A stretch of DNA of 64,000 bases from a virus. The notes under the pieces were generated by a model. That model was given only the letters and a program-made list of their open reading frames with translations. It searched no databases and had not been told where the DNA came from. The translations under genes and the position numbers were made by a program. Shown here one piece after another: positions 38,001 through 46,886 of this stretch; position 1 is the stretch's first letter; every line of letters begins with the position of its first letter. Location: IMG/VR virus record IMGVR_UViG_3300021964_000016; one strand, given 5' to 3'.

Positions 38001-38894
38001 CTTCGTTCCAAAGTCAGAGTCAAAGTCAGAGGTTGCATAATTTGTTGTTTCTGTAAAAGAAAAATCACCAGTGTTGGGGTCATAACTCAGATCTCCAGAA
38101 GCAGAAAATAAACCCCTAATTTGTGCGGGGGTTCTATCAGAATCAGTATAACTTATAACACCAGTGTCGGGGTCATAACCTATATCACCAGAACCTGATA
38201 AAGCATGTCTGGCATCACTGTCAACCCTTTCGAGGGTATAATATAGATTAGTTCCTTCAGTAAGATCTGATGTAGACTTCGTAGCAAAATCAGAATCAAA
38301 ATCTGCTTTTACATAGGACGTTACGCCAGATAAACCAGAACCGTCTCCAACAAACGAGTTGGCGGTTACTGTGCCAGAAAAGTTTGCGGAGTCGCCGCTC
38401 AACAAACCTTTTACTGTCATACCTGAAAGAGTTATATAAACTCTTGCGTTAGTGGATGCGCTTTGAGAAGCAGCGTCTGCTGCTCCGCCATCAGGAACGT
38501 CTAAGTAAAACCCAATTCTTCGAACACCAGTGCTATCAGCAGAATCAATAGAAGCGAGCCAGAGTTCGTCGCTTAGATGCCCCATACCAGATTGTATGGT
38601 GTTCGAAGTATACTCGGTGACAAACTTTAATTTGACAGTATCTTCTGGCCAGGAGACAAACTGAGAACCAGAACCACCGAGAGATAGAGTTTCTAATATG
38701 ACTACAGAATCAAAAGACGTACTGGTATTAAAATACTTGGATCCAGTTATAGTTTGACCAGTAGACTTTGTTACATATTCGTTTGAACCAGTTTTTATAT
38801 CTGTCAAGTCAGAGTCTAGGGCAAGGAAGTTGGAATCCATCTCATCAAATGTAAGAGCACTGCCCTTATTATTTCTTAATGTGAGATCTGCCAT
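35010..38894 (-). CDS. Long tail-fibre-like repeat protein (1294 aa)
   Basis: N-terminal LTLRNNKGSALTFDEMDSNF, nine EGxNLYYT-type repeats, eight GD[LI]xY repeats, and C-terminal FTVTLPASPSTGD...IIGRNGSTIEG and IAFAVALG. Confidence 0.8.
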   Translation of the reverse strand: MADLTLRNNKGSALTFDEMDSNFLALDSDLTDIKTGSNEYVTKSTGQTITGSKYFNTSTSFDSVVILETLSLGGSGSQFVSWPEDTVKLKFVTEYTSNTIQSGMGHLSDELWLASIDSADSTGVRRIGFYLDVPDGGAADAASQSASTNARVYITLSGMTVKGLLSGDSANFSGTVTANSFVGDGSGLSGVTSYVKADFDSDFATKSTSDLTEGTNLYYTLERVDSDARHALSGSGDIGYDPDTGVISYTDSDRTPAQIRGLFSASGDLSYDPNTGDFSFTETTNYATSDFDSDFGTKSTSDLTEGTNLYYTTARADSDAKNAISVNGDLSYNSATGVISYTDSDRTVAQIRGLFDASGDLTYDSVNGVFSFTQRTQADIRGFFSAGGDLSYNSSTGTFSYTDSDRTAAQIKGLFSAAGDLSYNSSTGEFSYSQRTDSAVRLLISATGDLSYDANTGVISYTDSDRSATQIKGLFSAAGDLSYDSATGQFSVTIGEHYTSSDFNTDFAAKSTTNLSEGTNLYYTTARADSAFDDRLATKTTSNLTEGSNLYYTTARANTDFDTRLATKSTTDVSEGTNLYYTTARFDSDFGDNNTDQLSEGSTNLYYTTARSDSDFDVRLATKTTTNVAEGTNLYYTTARADSDAKNAVSATDAGGDGSFGYDAASGVFTYTGPSASEARAHFSGGTGVTIIDGEVAIGQSVGTTDNVVFALITADSVDVQGGYITKLSGQDLTYDSAKINTLSSTSISSGTLSASTSITLGSTVAYQQNYGGLSYNENSFYGDSQNTTFLFASNDSANTSTAIALGIKNQFRHYIGVTGTADSNQMVIGYPSNNFGLRIRKNVGESPYDLSGGTALVSMDSNGDIKLFSSTNSTAKTNGSLVLVGGLGIGGNLRGTDIFATGNVQANGNFIGDVTGTVSDISNHNTGDLIEGSNLYYTTSRFDSDLGASSTTNLSEGSNLYYTTARADSDAKNAIDVNDGGGDGSLSYNPATGIISYQGPSASETRAHFSAGTGVSYSSGTGVISIGQSVGTSDSVEFSAATINGDLVITGDFTVQGTQNITSQNDLRITNAIIKVADSNSQDTVDMGVVGRYSTDGGSTIRRSGFVRDATNGEWYVFTNLIQDGLDSSVPDQTINFDDSSFELGTFNFGALRGSYLGFDSDFRVFSTNYTAVTSNVTATSSQRIAADTTGGSFTVTLPASPSTGDYVKIIDVGNFSTNSLIIGRNGSTIEGYADDFELDLGQSIIEFIYINSTWQVYSSIGQRGETGPAGANADSASFASTNEAIAFAVALG

Positions 38895-38940
38895 TATTAG
38901 TTTTCCTTGCTAAACTCAATATAAAGGTGCAATTAATGAG

Positions 38941-38960
38941 GGGGGCGATGAGTCGCCCCC
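38941..38960 (-). other. GC-rich intergenic hairpin (terminator or mRNA-stability element)
   Basis: GGGGGCGA-CTCA-TCGCCCCC with no clear U-tract. Confidence 0.5.
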
Positions 38961-38991
38961 AACTAAACTAGGTTCAAAACCAAACTTTGAA

Positions 38992-39372
38992 TCAGCTTGG
39001 TGCTTCGTAAGTCAAAGAAGAGATGGTGATCGTGTCGCCAGCACCGATAGCAGTAGACGACAAGACGATGTCACCACCACCACCAGTAGCAGTAACAGTG
39101 CCATTGAAGCAAGAATCGCCCGCACCGTCGAACACAGTAAACTTACTTACAGTTCCTGCATTACAGTCACTGTCGCCTTTAATAGCAGCAGCAGTAGCGA
39201 TACCATTAGATGCGGCACCGAATGCAGTAGCACTGAAAGTTAGAGTAGCGACAGCAGAGTCGTTCACCGAACCGTCTTGGAACACAATGGTTCCTGGTCC
39301 GCTGACGTCAATTTTGTCTACTACGAGATTAGCGATGTCATTGCGAACATCAGTTGGATGAGTAACAGCCAT
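38992..39372 (-). CDS. Small Gly/Ala/Thr-rich virion protein
   Basis: Strong SD (TAGGAG), beta-rich composition, late promoter upstream and hairpin downstream, suggesting high expression. Confidence 0.75.
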   Translation of the reverse strand: MAVTHPTDVRNDIANLVVDKIDVSGPGTIVFQDGSVNDSAVATLTFSATAFGAASNGIATAAAIKGDSDCNAGTVSKFTVFDGAGDSCFNGTVTATGGGGDIVLSSTAIGAGDTITISSLTYEAPS

Positions 39373-39384
39373 TTTTTATTTCTC

Positions 39385-39528
39385 CTAAAACGTTTTATTT
39401 TTTTGATCTTTAGATCGGTCTACAGTTTTTTCTAAATTATCACTAGGCGAAGTTTTTTTGGTTTCTTTTCTAATGATGTCTGCAACACCAGAAAGTTTTC
39501 CTGAATCGCCTTTTGCTCGTATACCCAT
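39385..39528 (-). CDS. Small basic hypothetical protein (47 aa)
   Basis: Hand-translated MGIRAKGDSGKLSGVADIIRKETKKTSPSDNLEKTVDRSKDQKNKTF*. Fills the intergenic gap. Confidence 0.45.
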   Translation of the reverse strand: MGIRAKGDSGKLSGVADIIRKETKKTSPSDNLEKTVDRSKDQKNKTF

Positions 39529-39536
39529 TATTTATA
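39529..39536 (-). promoter_or_regulatory. T4-type late promoter TATAAATA
   Basis: Exact consensus. Confidence 0.75.
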
Positions 39537-39554
39537 TCCCTTTTGCTTTACAAA

Positions 39555-39905
39555 TCACTTCGTTACACTTTTAGAAACCATAAGTTTGCCTTCTAAAACC
39601 CTTTCGACTAGAGTGTCTCCACCTTGTTCATATTCTATCTCGATATCATAGACATATCTGCGCCGAGTTAAAGTTTCTGTTTGAGTATTAGTCAAACTAA
39701 ATTCTATTATACCATCTGATCTGGGTGATAAGAAACTGACAGAAAAACTAACTGCCTCACTAGAGTCTGCATCATAACTTCTATTAAGTTTTCCTCTGGC
39801 AGTATAATCTGTCAGATCTCTTTTGGTGCCGTCAGATTCAAGTAGTTTCAATTTCCACTTGGCATCTGCACCCTGATCTACTTCTAAGTCTTCGTATTGC
39901 GCCAT
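39555..39905 (-). CDS. Small virion structural protein (BppU N-terminal-like Ig fold)
   Basis: LEVDQGAD, DLTDYTARG, LTNTQT, RYVYDIEI, RVLEG. Confidence 0.75.
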   Translation of the reverse strand: MAQYEDLEVDQGADAKWKLKLLESDGTKRDLTDYTARGKLNRSYDADSSEAVSFSVSFLSPRSDGIIEFSLTNTQTETLTRRRYVYDIEIEYEQGGDTLVERVLEGKLMVSKSVTK

Positions 39906-40060
39906 TATCGATTAACCTGCTTCTAACGATATTTATTTATATAAATTAGTTGGAGACAATCTTACTCAGAAGAATTATAATTTTTCGAATATTTTTGCGC
40001 CACTATCGATTACCCTGCTTCTAACGATATTTATTTATATATTTAGTTGGAGACAATCTT
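39897..40060. repeat. Imperfect ~66-bp direct repeat (39897-39963 and 39995-40060), each copy containing a TATAAATA late promoter
   Basis: TTGCGCCA[T/C]TATCGATTA[A/C]CCTGCTTCTAACGATATTTATTTATATA..TTAGTTGGAGACAATCTT occurs twice. Promoters at 39934-39941 and 40032-40039. Confidence 0.9.
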
Positions 40061-43000
40061 TTTCTTTTTTGATAAAATTGAGGAAACACCATAGGAACTA
40101 GTAGAATTAAACTCTATTGTACCAGTATCTTTCCTCGATTTAATTATAGTTGTTCTTGGTTTCTGTACCGTGAAACTTCCAGCAAGAGGAATAAGCGCAG
40201 AATTTCTGGTAATCGTTACAGTAGCAACCGTAGAAACATCCTGTGCTTCTAGTATGCCAACAGCATTTATACTCCTTCGGGCAACAGAGGTAACAGAAGA
40301 TTCTCCTGCCTCTAAAACAACAGAAGAAGAGATAACCCTTTCAGCAGCACAAACTACTTGAACATCGACGACTGAAAGTGAACCGGAAGCAACGAGAACA
40401 CGCTCAGAAACACCAGAGACAACTGAAGTTCCAGATATTACAGAATTTCCACCTTGGTCGTCAATTTCTCTTTCTGCATTACCAGCAACAGATTCTTCAC
40501 TCTGTATGTTACCAGAGGCGACCAGAACACGCTCGGCGATGCCAGATAAATTTGCTTCTTGTGACGTTAATGCGCCAGAAGAAACCAGAACACGTTCGGC
40601 AACACCAGAAACGGTTACATTTCCAGAGATAACAGAGTTGCCACCGTTATCGTCTATCTCACGTTCAGCGTTACCAGCAACAGACTCTTCGCTCTGGATG
40701 TTACCAGAAGCAACTAGGACACGTTCAGAAATACCAGAAACAGTTACATCACCAGAAACGACAGAGTTGCCTCCTTGGTCGTCAATTTCTCTTTCTGCAT
40801 TACCTGCTACCGACTCTTCACTCTGAATGTTGCCCGATCCAGTAATAATACGTTCAGATACACCTATTATTATCGAGTCAGAAGCAAATATCGAATTACC
40901 TTCGTTATCGTCTATCTCGCGTTCTGCATTACCTGCTACCGACTCTTCACTCTGAATGTTGCCCGATCCAGTAATAATACGTTCAGAAACACCTGTTATG
41001 AGAGAATCTGTGCTTACAAGACCGTTACCACCTTGGTCATCAACAACTCTCTCTGCATTACCTGCTACTGATTCTTCACTCTGAATGTTTCCAGAAGCAA
41101 CCAATACACGTTCGGCAATACCGGAAACTAAGGATGAATCAGAAACTAATGTTCCTCTACCAACTTTTGTGAGTTCTGCTTCGCCAGATACTACTGCCTC
41201 TTGAGACGCTACTGCGCCAGAAGCAACAATGGTGCGTTCAGCAACACCCAATATTGTTGAGACACCAACTGACAAGGCATTGCCACCTTGGTCATCAATT
41301 TCGCGTTCTGCATTACCTGCTACCGACTCTTCGCTTTGTATGTTTCCAGAAGCAACTAGGACACGTTCAGAGATACCAGAAACAACTTCTTCTTGAGATG
41401 CCAGCGAACCAGAGGCAACCAATATGCGTTCAGCAATACCAGAAACTGTTACGTCGCCCGAAGAAATAGAATTACCTTCATTATCGTCTATCTCACGTTC
41501 TGCATTACCTGCTACTGATTCTTCGCTCTGGATGTTACCAGAAGCAACTAGGACACGTTCAGAAATACCAGAAACAATAGAAGTTGTTACTGTTAGAGAA
41601 TTGCCACCTTGGTCATCTATCTCACGTTCTGCAATACCAGAAACCAGAGAAGCAGTAACTGTAAGGGAATTACCACCTTGGTCATCTATCTCACGTTCGG
41701 CATTACCTGCTACCGACTCTTCACTCTGAATGTTGCCCGATCCAGTAATAGTTCTTTCAGAGACACCTACTATTATCGAGTCAGAAGCAAATATCGAATT
41801 ACCTTCGTTATCGTCTATCTCGCGTTCTGCATTACCAGCGACAGATTCTTCGCTTTGGATGTTTCCAGAGGCGACAAGAACACGCTCGGAAATACCGAAG
41901 AAGACTTCTTCTTGGGATATTAATACACCAGAGGCGACCAATACCCGTTCAGCAACGCCAGAAACAGTTACATCACCAGAAACGACAGAGTTGCCTCCTT
42001 GGTCATCGATTTCTCTTTCTGCATTACCAGCAACAGATTCTTCACTCTGAATATTACCCGAAGCAACTAGGACACGTCCAGAGATACCAGAAACAAGGGA
42101 GTCAGTAACACCGAGAGAATTACCACCTTGGTCGTCTATCTCTCGTTCAGCATTACCAGAAACAAAAGAACTTGTTACTATTAGGGAATTGCCACCTTGG
42201 TCATCGATTTCTCTTTCTGCATTACCAGCGACAGATTCTTCACTCTGTATGTTACCAGAGGCAACGAGAACACGCTCAGAAACACCAGAGACAACTGAAG
42301 TTCCAGATACTAAGGAATTTCCACCTTGGTCATCAACAACTCTCTCTGCATTACCAGCAACAGATTCTTCGCCCTGTAAAGAACCTGAAGCAACCAACAC
42401 ACGTTCAGAAACACCAGAGACAACTGAAGTTCCAGATACTAAGGAATTGCCACCTTGATCATCAATTTCGCGTTCTGCATTACCTGCTACTGATTCTTCA
42501 CTCTGAAGAACACCTGAAGCAACCAACACACGCTCGGATACACCAGAAACAACTGCTTCTTGAGAAGTTAAAGTGCCAGAAGATACCAAAGACCTTTCAG
42601 CAATGGCGGAAACAGTGGAAGATCCGGAAACAAGAGAATTACCACCTTGATCGTCCACTTCACGTTCTGCATTACCTGCTACTGATTCTTCACCTTGTAG
42701 AGCACCAGAAGCAACCAACACACGTTCAGAGACGCCAGAGACAACTGAAGTTCCAGATACTAAGGAATTTCCACCTTGGTCGTCGATTTCTCTTTCTGCA
42801 TTACCAGCGACAGATTCTTCACTCTGTATGTTACCAGAAGCAACTAGCACACGCTCGGATACACCAGAGACAACTGCTTCTTGAGAAGTTAAAGTGCCAG
42901 AAGATACCAAAGACCTTTCAGCAATGGCGGAAATAGTGGAAGATCCGGAAACAAGAGCATTGCCGCCTTGGTCGTCCACAACTCTCTCAGCAACACCAGA

Positions 43001-44920
43001 TATGACAGAAACACCAGTTACTAGTGCGTTTCCACCTTGGTCATTGATTTCTCTTTCTGATGTGCCAGAGACAACCACTTCCTGAGTTGTTAAAGCACCA
43101 GAACTTGTGATTACACGTTCAGCGACACCAGATACAGTTTCTTCTTGAGATACTAATGTTCCGGAAGTAACCAGAACACGCTCTGCTATACCAGATACAG
43201 TTTCTTCTTGAGATACTAAAACCCCAGAACTTGTTACTATACGTTCAGAGACGCCAGAGATAACAGAAGATTGAGCAGACAAAGTTCCCGAAGGAACCAT
43301 AATTCTTTCACCAACGCCATCTACAATTACATTGTCGTCAGACTCAACGCCAGAAACAACAGAAACAATTGATCGTTCAGCGTCACCTGCGACTACGGCG
43401 ATACCAACTTCGTCAGCAGTTAGTTCTGCTTCTATTACAATCGTTTTTACAATAGATACAGATATATCTGAATTATCTGCTTTAGGTGAACCAGAAGAAT
43501 TTATGGTCCTTTCAGCAACTCCAGATACTATACTGTCTGAGGTTACTAACGAGACCGAAGAAGCGATAACACGCTCTGCTATACCAGATACGGTTACATC
43601 TTGCGATACTAAAACCCCAGAACTTGTTACTATACGTTCAGCGACACCAGATACAGTTTCTTCTTGAGATACTAATGCACCAGAACTTGTGATTACACGT
43701 TCAGCGACACCAGATACAGTTTCTTCTTGAGATACTAATGCACCAGAACTTGTGATTACACGTTCAGCGACACCAGATACAGTTTCTTCTTGAGATACTA
43801 ATGTTCCGGAAGCAACCAGAATACGCTCTGCTATACCAGATACGGTTACATTTTGAGACACTAATGTGCTAGTGCTGTTAATTACTCTTTCTGCAACACC
43901 AGATGCTATAGAATCTGTAACAACGAGAGAATTACCGCTTTGGTCGTCTATCTCTCGTTCACCAACGCCAGCAACGGATTCTTCACTCTGAAGAACACCT
44001 GAAGCAACCAACACACGTTCAGAGACACCAGAAACAACTGCTTCTTGAGAAGTTAAAGTGCCAGAAGATACCAAAGACCTTTCAGCAATGGCGGAAACAG
44101 TGGAAGATCCGGAAACAAGAGAATTGCCACCGTTATCGTCTATCTCGCGTTCTGCATTACCAGCGACAGATTCTTCACCTTGTAGGGCACCAGAAGCAAC
44201 CAATACACGTTCAGAAATACCATCTACTGTAGATGGCGAATCAACTAAAGTTCCAGTGCTATTAACGATCCGTTCGGCAACAGCAGATACAGTAGAAGAA
44301 CCAGAGGCAACAGAGTTTCCTCCTTGATCATCAATTTCTCTCTCACCAATTCCAGCAACAGATTCTTCACTTTGTATGTTACCAGAGGCAACGAGTACAC
44401 GTTCAGAAACGCCAGATACAGTTGAAGCACCTGTAGAGAGAGCATTACCACCTTGGTCGTCGATCTCTCGTTCTGCGTTACCAGCAACAGATTCTTCACC
44501 TTGAAGAGCACCAGAACCAGTAATAACACGTTCAGAAACGCCAGAAAGGTCGGAAGTTTGAGATACTAGAATACCAGTACTGACAATTATTCGTTCAGCA
44601 ACAGCAGATACAGAAGAGGAACCAGAGGCAACGTTGTTGCCGCCTTGGTCGTCGATCTCTCGTTCTGCATTACCAGCAATAGATTCTTCGCCTTGAAGAG
44701 CACCAGAAGCAACTAGGACACGTTCAGAGATACCAGAAACAGAAGAATTTTGAGACTGTAAAGAGCCAGAAGCAATTGATGCGACCAATAATGTAGCAAC
44801 ACCAGAAACGCTAGAAGATTGCGACTGTAGTTCTACGGTGAGGGTGTTTATGTCACCGATATATCCATCAGCAACATACCCGTCTACTACATATTTGTCT
44901 AGGGTGGCAGAGGAGGCCAA
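40043..44920 (-). CDS. Giant acidic S/V/G/E-rich tandem-repeat protein (1625 aa), probable virion appendage
   Basis: Dozens of 20-23 aa units of two types (VSGVSERVLVASGxxxSxE and SVAGNAEREIDDQGGNS). TTG start, with a CTAAATA late-type box at 44952-44958. Confidence 0.75.
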   Translation of the reverse strand: MASSATLDKYVVDGYVADGYIGDINTLTVELQSQSSSVSGVATLLVASIASGSLQSQNSSVSGISERVLVASGALQGEESIAGNAEREIDDQGGNNVASGSSSVSAVAERIIVSTGILVSQTSDLSGVSERVITGSGALQGEESVAGNAEREIDDQGGNALSTGASTVSGVSERVLVASGNIQSEESVAGIGEREIDDQGGNSVASGSSTVSAVAERIVNSTGTLVDSPSTVDGISERVLVASGALQGEESVAGNAEREIDDNGGNSLVSGSSTVSAIAERSLVSSGTLTSQEAVVSGVSERVLVASGVLQSEESVAGVGEREIDDQSGNSLVVTDSIASGVAERVINSTSTLVSQNVTVSGIAERILVASGTLVSQEETVSGVAERVITSSGALVSQEETVSGVAERVITSSGALVSQEETVSGVAERIVTSSGVLVSQDVTVSGIAERVIASSVSLVTSDSIVSGVAERTINSSGSPKADNSDISVSIVKTIVIEAELTADEVGIAVVAGDAERSIVSVVSGVESDDNVIVDGVGERIMVPSGTLSAQSSVISGVSERIVTSSGVLVSQEETVSGIAERVLVTSGTLVSQEETVSGVAERVITSSGALTTQEVVVSGTSEREINDQGGNALVTGVSVISGVAERVVDDQGGNALVSGSSTISAIAERSLVSSGTLTSQEAVVSGVSERVLVASGNIQSEESVAGNAEREIDDQGGNSLVSGTSVVSGVSERVLVASGALQGEESVAGNAEREVDDQGGNSLVSGSSTVSAIAERSLVSSGTLTSQEAVVSGVSERVLVASGVLQSEESVAGNAEREIDDQGGNSLVSGTSVVSGVSERVLVASGSLQGEESVAGNAERVVDDQGGNSLVSGTSVVSGVSERVLVASGNIQSEESVAGNAEREIDDQGGNSLIVTSSFVSGNAEREIDDQGGNSLGVTDSLVSGISGRVLVASGNIQSEESVAGNAEREIDDQGGNSVVSGDVTVSGVAERVLVASGVLISQEEVFFGISERVLVASGNIQSEESVAGNAEREIDDNEGNSIFASDSIIVGVSERTITGSGNIQSEESVAGNAEREIDDQGGNSLTVTASLVSGIAEREIDDQGGNSLTVTTSIVSGISERVLVASGNIQSEESVAGNAEREIDDNEGNSISSGDVTVSGIAERILVASGSLASQEEVVSGISERVLVASGNIQSEESVAGNAEREIDDQGGNALSVGVSTILGVAERTIVASGAVASQEAVVSGEAELTKVGRGTLVSDSSLVSGIAERVLVASGNIQSEESVAGNAERVVDDQGGNGLVSTDSLITGVSERIITGSGNIQSEESVAGNAEREIDDNEGNSIFASDSIIIGVSERIITGSGNIQSEESVAGNAEREIDDQGGNSVVSGDVTVSGISERVLVASGNIQSEESVAGNAEREIDDNGGNSVISGNVTVSGVAERVLVSSGALTSQEANLSGIAERVLVASGNIQSEESVAGNAEREIDDQGGNSVISGTSVVSGVSERVLVASGSLSVVDVQVVCAAERVISSSVVLEAGESSVTSVARRSINAVGILEAQDVSTVATVTITRNSALIPLAGSFTVQKPRTTIIKSRKDTGTIEFNSTSSYGVSSILSKKKKIVSN

Positions 44921-44954
44921 GGCGAATCCCTATTTTTTTATTATTATCCTCTAT

Positions 44955-45626
44955 TTAGGGGGTTTCAATTTCCTCGATTAGCATTTCTGACATTTTTCTA
45001 CCAGTTTCATCACAATTAAACATGAATGCCATTGTACATCTCAAAGAATTAGTACGAGCGGCATGGTACAGTAACTTATCAGGTTCATCATATGTACCAT
45101 AATATCCATACTTACATTGCCAACCTTGCACGTCTGGTATTATAATGTGTTCTTTTGTCAATGGATCTATATGCTCCCATTGCCCGTCGCCAGTTTCGGA
45201 CCAAGTAAAGATAATATTGTATCCAGGAGCATTAGCATTATTATGCCAACCTATAAACCCACCAGGAGGATAAATGGCACTCAAAGCGCGATTTCTTGCT
45301 CCAGACCAAGAACAAAGAGCAGAAACAGAATTTTCAATCTCTTCTAATATTCGGATCTTTTCTGACGCGTCATTGTATTCAAACTTTCCTACTTGAATAT
45401 CAACTCCTCTTAGCATCTCAGGATACCCATCATGCTCTCTACCTTTCCAAACAATGTGATCAAGATAATCTTTGTTCAACCAATCTTCTGCGTTTTCTTC
45501 TCTAGGAATGTTCCTAAGTTTATCCAGATCTATAGACTGTACCGTATTTGATATTGAATGTAAGATACCTTGCAAAGTTTCATTAGCGATATTTACTGGG
45601 TTCATTCCAGGTTTTAAAAAACTCAT
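44955..45626 (-). CDS. Double-stranded beta-helix (2OG-Fe(II) oxygenase-like) protein
   Basis: YPPGGFIGWHNN (HxN rather than HxD) ... LYHAART ... RCTMAF. Confidence 0.55.
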   Translation of the reverse strand: MSFLKPGMNPVNIANETLQGILHSISNTVQSIDLDKLRNIPREENAEDWLNKDYLDHIVWKGREHDGYPEMLRGVDIQVGKFEYNDASEKIRILEEIENSVSALCSWSGARNRALSAIYPPGGFIGWHNNANAPGYNIIFTWSETGDGQWEHIDPLTKEHIIIPDVQGWQCKYGYYGTYDEPDKLLYHAARTNSLRCTMAFMFNCDETGRKMSEMLIEEIETP

Positions 45627-45627
45627 A

Positions 45628-46380
45628 TCAAATGATCTCTATGTCAGATATTTTTCTAGATGCTTTGGCGGATAAATGTATCAACGAAGTTCCCTCTGGC
45701 ATTGGGTGGGTGTGTCTGTTAAGGGAAGTCCAATAGTTCCACCTTAAATCTTCCTCAAAAATGCCAACCTTTAGTTCTTTGTACTTAGGTTCTTTCTCAA
45801 CCAACCACCAAAGAGTGAACTGATCCCAGCATGCTAGTTCTCTGGGGTAATTTTCGGTGTCCCAAGTAACCCCATCTTCTTTGGTCGGCCACCATTTATT
45901 AGCATGTTGTTTGACGTATAATTCGTACCAATCTTTCATAAACTCCATGATAATGTCAGTTTTTTTATACAAACAAACAGCACCGCAAAGAGTGAAAGTT
46001 CCTCCAGGAAATTCCGTGTCCATAAATATATGCCATCTATCTCTAGGCAACCCTGTGAACACCATATCATTATCACCAAGTTCTTCAAAAACATTGGCAA
46101 TATTTTCACTGATACATGTCATATCGGCGTCGATATAAAAAGTGTTATCATAGGGGGTTTGTGACATACCCCAGAGTTTTGCCCTGTAGTGGTTATCGCA
46201 AATAATTAAATGATCTGCTTCCTCTGCCCTAGAGTCTAAGAACCTCTCTTCGGTAACAAGACAAATGTTTGCTTCTGGGTAATAATCTTTTATATCAGAA
46301 ATAAGATTGGTTGCCCAAGAATAATATATTGGTTCGTTTGACGCAACGATCAGATATCCATTATTTTGATTCGGTTTCAT
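45628..46380 (-). CDS. GT-A fold glycosyltransferase (GT8-like)
   Basis: AKLWGMSQTPYDNTFYIDADM (DxD), CGAVCLY, WDQFTLW, RWNY, IHLS. Confidence 0.8.
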   Translation of the reverse strand: MKPNQNNGYLIVASNEPIYYSWATNLISDIKDYYPEANICLVTEERFLDSRAEEADHLIICDNHYRAKLWGMSQTPYDNTFYIDADMTCISENIANVFEELGDNDMVFTGLPRDRWHIFMDTEFPGGTFTLCGAVCLYKKTDIIMEFMKDWYELYVKQHANKWWPTKEDGVTWDTENYPRELACWDQFTLWWLVEKEPKYKELKVGIFEEDLRWNYWTSLNRHTHPMPEGTSLIHLSAKASRKISDIEII

Positions 46381-46840
46381 TCAAAGCAAATCCAATACCA
46401 AGTTCTTCCATCATAATAAGTTGAGCATATATGTTCAACTCTACTATATTTTTAGATCTGCGCATTTTACTTTTCAGATCTTTATTTTTGGTATTTTTTA
46501 TTTCGTCAATTTCGAGCATTTTTATTTTAGCATCGAAGAGTTTTTCAAGTTCTCTTGCTTGATCTTCTGCCTTTCTACGATGATGCTCTTCGTCTTTCTC
46601 TTGCGCTTTGCGCTCTCTTCGCTCTTTTGTGTTTTGATCGATCTTTTCTTCGCCGACCTGATCAAGAAGTTCTTCGTAATCTGGATTTGGGTCTCCATCT
46701 ACATCAAACTTCCTCACAGTCAAGACCTGAGAAATTTCTCTACCTTGCGTATCTGTGATCACGAGAATTGCTTCAGCTCGATCTTTACTCTCATCGTGCC
46801 AAAAAGCATTGTCTAACCATTTTCTACTGCTATATGCCAT
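46361..46840 (-). CDS. Hypothetical charged helical protein (possible fibre chaperone)
   Basis: Start likely ATG 46840 (SD GGAG). K/E-rich coiled coil. Confidence 0.7.
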   Translation of the reverse strand: MAYSSRKWLDNAFWHDESKDRAEAILVITDTQGREISQVLTVRKFDVDGDPNPDYEELLDQVGEEKIDQNTKERRERKAQEKDEEHHRRKAEDQARELEKLFDAKIKMLEIDEIKNTKNKDLKSKMRRSKNIVELNIYAQLIMMEELGIGFALNETESK

Positions 46841-46886
46841 AATATTCTCCAAGTGTTGACATAATTTATTTCGATTTTATATATAG

